Assembly: GCA_963664875.1 (NCBI GenBank)
Contig: OY761611.1
Coordinates: 2,784,001 to 2,848,000 of the forward strand
Origin: Candidatus Kapaibacterium sp.
GTDB lineage: Bacteria; Bacteroidota; Ignavibacteria; Kapaibacteriales; UBA2268
DNA length: 64,000 nt
Direction: 5' to 3'
The position numbers and the translations under genes were made by a program. Each line of letters opens with the position of its first letter. Position 1 is the first letter of the stretch. Below, piece after piece: positions 58,272 to 64,000 of this stretch. A model generated the notes under the pieces. It worked only from the letters and a program-made list of their open reading frames with translations. It had not been told where the DNA came from and did not search any database.

Positions 58272-58314
58272 AAGCATATTATCGGAACAAGATGAAGAAA
58301 ATTGAGCTAATAGC

Positions 58315-59982
58315 CTAAAAATTACCCTCATCAAACTCCTTGTTTGCGATATGCTCTAAATATTTATTGTTCAATCTGATAGTAAATAGGGAAGAAGTTT
58401 TTGTCTTGCTGCACTGTATATCGCCCGCAAAGTATTTAATAATTCTTGCAGCATCTAAAAAATGCATTTCGTTGTCAAACTGATTGCAATTATCAGTTAA
58501 TTCAAATTCGATATTGATTATGTAACAGTTACCTTCTTCGAAAGCACTGATTCTCCTTATCTGTTCAGGCAGATTCAATATTTTTCTCAGGCTATCTCTA
58601 AATAGATCAGTTTTTAGATAAATAGGTTTTGCCGGAGGTATATCTTTTTCAAGGATATTGTCGAAGCTGTCAAGTATCTCTTCGAGGATAAGATTTGGAG
58701 AAGCGAGTGTAAAGTAAGAATTGCTACAATTCACTTCGCACAGAGATGCAATATCTTGCTTCAGATTGGCGAGTAGATTCTTTGTTTCATCATCTAAAGA
58801 TGATTGCTCAATCAATTCTTCTATTTTGCCGTAGTTATGTTTAATTCTCTGAGACACATGCGATAAGTATTTTGCTTCCGCAAGAGCTTTTTCCGATTCG
58901 TAGGTTTGGAAACCCTGAATCAATTTTTTTCTCAAATCTTTGAAAAAGCCAACTCTTCCGAGAACTTCTTTTTTAGTAGTAAGCTCGAAAGCATCTAAGA
59001 TTACCGGAATTGAAGTGCTGTTGCTGCTAATGATTTGAGTTTCCACATTGGATGCTATAATTCCATTTCTGTTAGCATCTCTCAAAAATTCAGGAGGCAA
59101 CATCGTGAAAATTTTATTGAGAGGTGGTTTTCTTGTAGAAGCCCATCCTAAAAGCTCTTTTGCTGCAGGATTCATTATTTTTGTTTTGCCTTTTTTGTCA
59201 ACGGCAATAATAGCATCAGAAACATGATGTATAAGTGCACTGTAAAAATCGTGAACAGTACTGAGTTGCTCCTGCAGTTTGTTAATTTCCGTTATGTCCT
59301 GAGCAATTTCCATCACCAATTCTACCTGATCGCCTTTTTTGCTGATAGGAATAGTTTGGACTATGTAATTACTCTTGTCTCCCGTGCTGGTAACTCCTAT
59401 CTGAGTTGAGATATTATCAGCGTTGTGTCTGAATGAATGTACAGCAGGGCAGTTGGCACATTTATGCTTTTTCTTTTTATAAACCTCGTAGCAGTGGGTG
59501 CCTATCTTATTACCAAAAGTTTCACGGAATTTGGCATTGGATCGAATAATCTTAAAATCTTTATCGATAACAGTGATATAATTAGGAACTTTCTCAAAGA
59601 GCATATTATACTCTTTGAGCCAATGGCTATTGTCAGTAATATCCGATGACATTTCAAGTACATATAGAACATTTCCATTTTCATCTTTAATAGGAGTTAG
59701 ATGCACTACCGTATGGGTAGAAAACCCGCTTTTGTTTATGGTTGTTTCGTCTGCAACCCTTGTGTGGCCGGTTTCGAATACCTGCTGCATTTTACATTTG
59801 GGGCATGGATCAGAAAGCTGTTTGCAGTTGGTATAGCATTTTTTACCTTCGATGTCTCCGAAAGCCTCTCTATATCTTTGATTTGCAGCAACTATATTAT
59901 AATCTTTATCTACAATAGATAATCTAAACGGCACCAAGTCAAATAATGTACTTGACAAAATGTCTGTTAAAATTCCGCTCAT
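58315..59982 (-). CDS. Multi-PAS protein with degenerate histidine-kinase-like C-terminus
   Basis: Three PAS repeats (IVDKDYNIVAAN; VIDKDFKIIRSN; AVDKKGK..MN); HATPase remnant IIKYFAGDI...FTIRL. Confidence 0.8.
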   Translation of the reverse strand: MSGILTDILSSTLFDLVPFRLSIVDKDYNIVAANQRYREAFGDIEGKKCYTNCKQLSDPCPKCKMQQVFETGHTRVADETTINKSGFSTHTVVHLTPIKDENGNVLYVLEMSSDITDNSHWLKEYNMLFEKVPNYITVIDKDFKIIRSNAKFRETFGNKIGTHCYEVYKKKKHKCANCPAVHSFRHNADNISTQIGVTSTGDKSNYIVQTIPISKKGDQVELVMEIAQDITEINKLQEQLSTVHDFYSALIHHVSDAIIAVDKKGKTKIMNPAAKELLGWASTRKPPLNKIFTMLPPEFLRDANRNGIIASNVETQIISSNSTSIPVILDAFELTTKKEVLGRVGFFKDLRKKLIQGFQTYESEKALAEAKYLSHVSQRIKHNYGKIEELIEQSSLDDETKNLLANLKQDIASLCEVNCSNSYFTLASPNLILEEILDSFDNILEKDIPPAKPIYLKTDLFRDSLRKILNLPEQIRRISAFEEGNCYIINIEFELTDNCNQFDNEMHFLDAARIIKYFAGDIQCSKTKTSSLFTIRLNNKYLEHIANKEFDEGNF

Positions 59983-60256
59983 ATTCCCACACAGTAAACT
60001 AAAAGAGAAAGTGGATTATTTCACATAATACTATATTTTTTATTGAAATCAAAATGTAAATCATGCAAATATGAGAATTGTTTTGTAAAAAAAATATTGC
60101 TACTGCCTATTAACCAATAGAAATAAATAATACAGAAGAGGTGCTTGCAAAGAGGGCACTCGAGGCATGGGTGTAAAGCGGAATAAATAAAGGGGAAAAA
60201 ATCCCCCTATATCTTCAAATTTGGCCTAAAGCTTGTAGCGAAAGCTAAATGCTTTT

Positions 60257-60802
60257 TTATTTTATAATTTTGGATATTGCTTTGAATTCCGGAGTGCCTG
60301 AGTATCTGCAAAGTTCAAATAGAACAGACTCGTAAGAGCTGACTACGGCGCCTTCCTGCAGTAATCTTCGGATTGCTGTTTCTTTATCGCTAATTTTGCG
60401 AGAAGAGACACAGTTCTCTATTACTACAGGTTTTAATCCTATTTCTAAGAGATCCAGTGCTGTTTGCAATATACAAATGTGTGACTCGATACCGCAAATC
60501 AGAACATTTTTTTTGTTGGTCTCTTTTAGAAAATGCTTGAATTCGTCCATATCCATACAGCTAAATGCCATTTTTTCAATAGGCTTGTAGGCATCTCCCA
60601 ACGCTATTTGAACATTCTCTGTAGTTTCGCCCAATCCTTTTACATATTGCTCAGAAACAAATATAGGCAAACCAAGAGCTTTTGCACCCTCAATCAGCTT
60701 GCAGGTACTATCTTCAAATTCCTGATATTGATGAATATGAGGGAATAGGCGTGATTGGATATCGATAACAAGTAAGCAGCAGTCTTCTTTTAATAATCGC
60801 AT
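60257..60802 (-). CDS. Isochorismatase-family cysteine hydrolase
   Basis: LLVIDIQ, EQYVKGLG, K..FSC, GIESHICILQT. Confidence 0.92.
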   Translation of the reverse strand: MRLLKEDCCLLVIDIQSRLFPHIHQYQEFEDSTCKLIEGAKALGLPIFVSEQYVKGLGETTENVQIALGDAYKPIEKMAFSCMDMDEFKHFLKETNKKNVLICGIESHICILQTALDLLEIGLKPVVIENCVSSRKISDKETAIRRLLQEGAVVSSYESVLFELCRYSGTPEFKAISKIIK

Positions 60803-60951
60803 AATGCTTATACTCTTCTATATTTATGTATTAAAAAATTTACAAAATAAAAAAGCAATTTACAGCAAATGCAAATAATATCGAAATAGAAATTAGAGAA
60901 CTAATATTGATTAGGTAATTTGATTTGAAGCAATTTTCAAAATCCTTACGA

Positions 60952-61356
60952 CTAAAGTTCCTTTTTTGGAGTCAAATTTAACTTATGAAAAATGTAGGCA
61001 GCTACAAAAGATTCGAGCAGACTTAAGGGAATGGCGTAAGGTAAGATTGAAAAGGGCAACACACCCATATTCCCTACTACCTGCCACATCATAACGAATC
61101 CAACGAGCCATGATATAAGTGCTGTTTGTATCCAGCTAAAGCGTTTTGAGATGATATAAATCGCTATGGCAAATGACATAGACCAAAGTCCCCATACAGC
61201 ACCATTAATTGGCTCGGATGGAAAAACAATTCCCATCGATGCATAGTGCTGTGTCCAATAAGATTTGAGTAGGAACTCATTCCTTACAAATTCACTTATG
61301 CTTATCCATAAAGTTGCCACTATGATTGAAACTATAGAGCGGTAAGGCAGATTCAT
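60952..61356 (-). CDS. Hypothetical 4-TM membrane protein
   Basis: WISISEFVRNE, NGAVWGLW; four hydrophobic segments. Confidence 0.75.
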   Translation of the reverse strand: MNLPYRSIVSIIVATLWISISEFVRNEFLLKSYWTQHYASMGIVFPSEPINGAVWGLWSMSFAIAIYIISKRFSWIQTALISWLVGFVMMWQVVGNMGVLPFSILPYAIPLSLLESFVAAYIFHKLNLTPKKEL

Positions 61357-61571
61357 ATTTTGCTAAACCAATACTGTCAATACTTCTTAATTCAATATTA
61401 GAAAAATACACTTACAAATGCAAATCATTATTTGAATAATACTTTACTTTCTTTAGTTCGGAGCATAAAAGAGGTAATTAACATCATTTAACACAAAATT
61501 GTCAAAGTATAAACAAGCTATTCTCAGATTTTTCGTAATTTTGTATTTTCCTAATAATAGGCATTTAAAGA

Positions 61572-63386
61572 ATGAGAAAAAGCAATTTTAGAAATATTGC
61601 AATTATAGCACACGTTGACCACGGCAAAACTACACTTGTGGACGGCTTGCTTCGCCAAAGCGGCACTTTCCGTGACAATCAGCAGGTAGCTGAAAGAGTA
61701 ATGGATTCCATGGATCTCGAAAGAGAGCGCGGGATTACTATTACCGCAAAAAATACTGCTGTATGGTACAAAGATATCAAGATTAACATTATGGATACCC
61801 CTGGTCACGCCGATTTTGGTGGTGAAGTAGAGCGAAGCCTTAATTTGGTTGACGGAGCTTTGCTCTTAGTTGATGCCAGCGAAGGGCCTTTGCCTCAGAC
61901 TCGATTTGTGCTCAAAAAAGCACTCGCCAAAAGCTTGCCTATTATTTTGGTAATCAACAAAATAGACAGAGCAGATGCAAGGGTACAAGAAGTTATAAAC
62001 GAAGTTTATGACCTCTTTATAGACCTTGATGCTAATGAATCGCAGTTAGAATTCCCTATTTTATATACAGTTGCTAAAGAAGGCGTGGCTCATCTCGAAC
62101 TCGGTGATGACAGCAAAACATTAGAGCCTTTATTTGAAACTATTATCAATCATATCCCGGGACCTGAAGTTAGCGATGATGCTACTCCTCAGTTCCTCGT
62201 TACATCTTTGGATTATGATTCGTATGTAGGTCAGATAGCAATAGGTAGATTGTCAAACGGCAATCTTAAGCTCAATGAACAATACACATTATGTGGCGAA
62301 AAAGAGAACGTAAGCCCTGTAAAATTTTCAGCTTTATATACTTTCAGAGGTTTGGAAAAAACTAAAGTTGAAGCAGTCGAAGCCGGTGATATCATTGCTG
62401 TAGCCGGTATCGATAATGTAAACATTGGTGATACGATATCTTCTTTTGAAAACCCAATACCTTTACCGCGTATCTATGTAGATGAACCTACTGTTTCTAT
62501 GATATTTTATGTCAATAACGGTCCATTTGCAGGTACTGAAGGTAAATACCTTACTTCACGAAACCTATCCGGAAGACTCCAACAGGAAACTTTGAAAAAC
62601 GTTTCGCTCAGGGTTAGCAACTACGAAGAAAGAACAGATGCTTTTGAAGTTGCAGGTCGTGGCGAATTGCAGATGGCTGTTTTGATTGAGACTATGAGAA
62701 GAGAAGGCTATGAGTTTATGGTATCAAAACCGCAGGTTATTATCAAAGAGATAGACGGAGTTAAGTGTGAACCTGTGGAAAGAGTTTTTATAGACTTGCC
62801 TGAAGATCACGCAGGCACTATTACCGAAAGACTACAGCTTCGCAAAGGTATAATGGTTAACTTTGTAAATAATGGTTTTGGTCGAGTTGATTTAGAATTT
62901 TTGATACCTTCTCGCGGTCTAATTGGCTTCCGTTCGCAATTTTTGACGGAAACTAAAGGTGCCGGTATCATGAATACTCTTTTTGAAGACTACCAACCTT
63001 GGTTTGGTGTAATTCCTCAAAGGAAAAATGGTGGTATCGTTGCTGACAGAGCCGGAAAAGTTACAGCTTACGCTTGCTTGGGTATGGAAGACAGAGGCGA
63101 ACTTTTTGTCGAAGTTGGTACTAATGTATATATGGGAATGATAGTCGGTGAAAGGAACAAACAGGAAGATCTGAATGTTAATATTACCAAAGAGAAAAAG
63201 CTCACAAATATGCGTGCTTCAAGCTCTGACCAGACTGTAGTCCTTAAAACTCCAAGAAAAATGTCATTAGATGAAGCTATAGAATTTATAGCCGAAGACG
63301 AATTAGTGGAAGTTACTCCTCTGAATATTCGTCTCAGAAAAGCTAAACTTGATCCACATGACAGAAAAGTCAAAACCAAGATATAG
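61572..63386 (+). CDS. typA: Translational GTPase TypA/BipA
   Basis: [53 protein letters not shown]. Confidence 0.98.
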   Translation: MRKSNFRNIAIIAHVDHGKTTLVDGLLRQSGTFRDNQQVAERVMDSMDLERERGITITAKNTAVWYKDIKINIMDTPGHADFGGEVERSLNLVDGALLLVDASEGPLPQTRFVLKKALAKSLPIILVINKIDRADARVQEVINEVYDLFIDLDANESQLEFPILYTVAKEGVAHLELGDDSKTLEPLFETIINHIPGPEVSDDATPQFLVTSLDYDSYVGQIAIGRLSNGNLKLNEQYTLCGEKENVSPVKFSALYTFRGLEKTKVEAVEAGDIIAVAGIDNVNIGDTISSFENPIPLPRIYVDEPTVSMIFYVNNGPFAGTEGKYLTSRNLSGRLQQETLKNVSLRVSNYEERTDAFEVAGRGELQMAVLIETMRREGYEFMVSKPQVIIKEIDGVKCEPVERVFIDLPEDHAGTITERLQLRKGIMVNFVNNGFGRVDLEFLIPSRGLIGFRSQFLTETKGAGIMNTLFEDYQPWFGVIPQRKNGGIVADRAGKVTAYACLGMEDRGELFVEVGTNVYMGMIVGERNKQEDLNVNITKEKKLTNMRASSSDQTVVLKTPRKMSLDEAIEFIAEDELVEVTPLNIRLRKAKLDPHDRKVKTKI

Positions 63387-63389
63387 TTT

Positions 63390-63430
63390 AAAAAAAATCG
63401 GATGATTATCGTAATCATCCGATTTTTTTT
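63390..63430. terminator. Bidirectional terminator
   Basis: A8-TCGGATGATTA-TCG-TAATCATCCGA-T8. Confidence 0.85.
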
Positions 63431-63443
63431 ATTCACTGTAGTT

Positions 63444-63998
63444 CTATTTTTCTTTTATCAGATATAGCTCATCCCGATAATTTTGATCTAGAAGTACACT
63501 ACCATTGCCAACAGGATAAAGTGAGTTATAAAAGACTTTACGACTTTTATCAACTGTAGTGATAAGTTTTTTCTCAGATTTTCCGGTTTCTAAGTCGTAA
63601 CTAACTTTGAAAAATCCCATATCTACATAGTTGAATTGTTCCTGTTCAGGCTGAATAACAATATGACCTTCCAATTTGTCATCTTTTATATAAAATTGGC
63701 TTGATCCCTGCATTCGATAGCTGTCTGTATAGTTGCCGCCTCGCATAATAAATCTATGCCAGAGATTGTAGGCATCTGCCCATTTTACATTGAAATTACT
63801 ATCAAGGGCTACTATATATTTGTTACCTGAATATCCGAGATAGTAGGAGCGGTATTCAGTGACTAAAAACTGAGTAGAGAAGTTTTCTAAAACTAAATAA
63901 TAGTTACCGTTATGTTCTATAAGGTTTGTAATATCCAACTCAGGAACATATTTGCATCGGAATTCATTATTTAAACTCTTGGTGGAGTCAAATATTAC
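63444..63998 (-). CDS. Hypothetical protein, C-terminal part (continues beyond the window)
   Basis: The frame stays open to the window edge (VIFDSTKSLNNEFRCKYVPELDIT...); beta-rich. Confidence 0.65.
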   Translation of the reverse strand, partial: VIFDSTKSLNNEFRCKYVPELDITNLIEHNGNYYLVLENFSTQFLVTEYRSYYLGYSGNKYIVALDSNFNVKWADAYNLWHRFIMRGGNYTDSYRMQGSSQFYIKDDKLEGHIVIQPEQEQFNYVDMGFFKVSYDLETGKSEKKLITTVDKSRKVFYNSLYPVGNGSVLLDQNYRDELYLIKEK

Positions 63999-64000
63999 AT

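Noticed and set aside
60137-60200. AGAGGTGC resembling the start of a lysine riboswitch
   Set aside because: The rest of the L-box consensus is absent and no sense-strand gene lies directly downstream
670-63436. Numerous 60-140 aa ORFs antisense to or overlapping known genes (e.g. 670-1098, 34486-34869, 41704-42087, 54141-54494, 63068-63436)
   Set aside because: Shadow frames of well-supported CDSs with no motifs or RBS

Overview
AT-rich bacterial chromosome segment from the FCB superphylum, most plausibly a Kapabacteria/Ignavibacteria-like lineage. This is an inference from Bacteroidota-type TAnnTTTG promoter elements and T9SS-type cargo occurring together with flagellar and chemotaxis genes. 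Most of the window is housekeeping: cusA-type RND, gltX, rfbC, lysS, infC-rpmI-rplT-pheS, ccoG/fixH, rodA-pdxA-ybaK, PBP1A, ssb, mlaD, pyrE, mnmE, ribB, tRNA-Arg(ACG), rpsT, mgtE, murG and typA. Five regions stand out. (1) 6.8-10.5 kb: an operon of three paralogous membrane-anchored TPR proteins that look like sensors but have no cytoplasmic output domain, followed by a stand-alone 87-aa FN3-like protein; all four ORFs share one reading frame. (2) 43.8-46.3 kb: an array of three unrelated exported proteins, each followed by a repeated, decayed signal-peptide stub and preceded by a toxin-tip-like relic, which looks like a collapsed polymorphic-toxin/orphan-immunity array. (3) An FMN riboswitch whose P4 arm is expanded to about 184 nt. 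(4) A late flagellar cluster (fliC-fliS-fliD-flaG-fliT-like-flgM) with sigma28 promoters and a CsrA-type leader hairpin. (5) A Cys-rich multi-PAS histidine pseudokinase next to a thioredoxin-fold lipoprotein lacking CxxC. All family assignments come from motif recognition by eye; no database searches were run.
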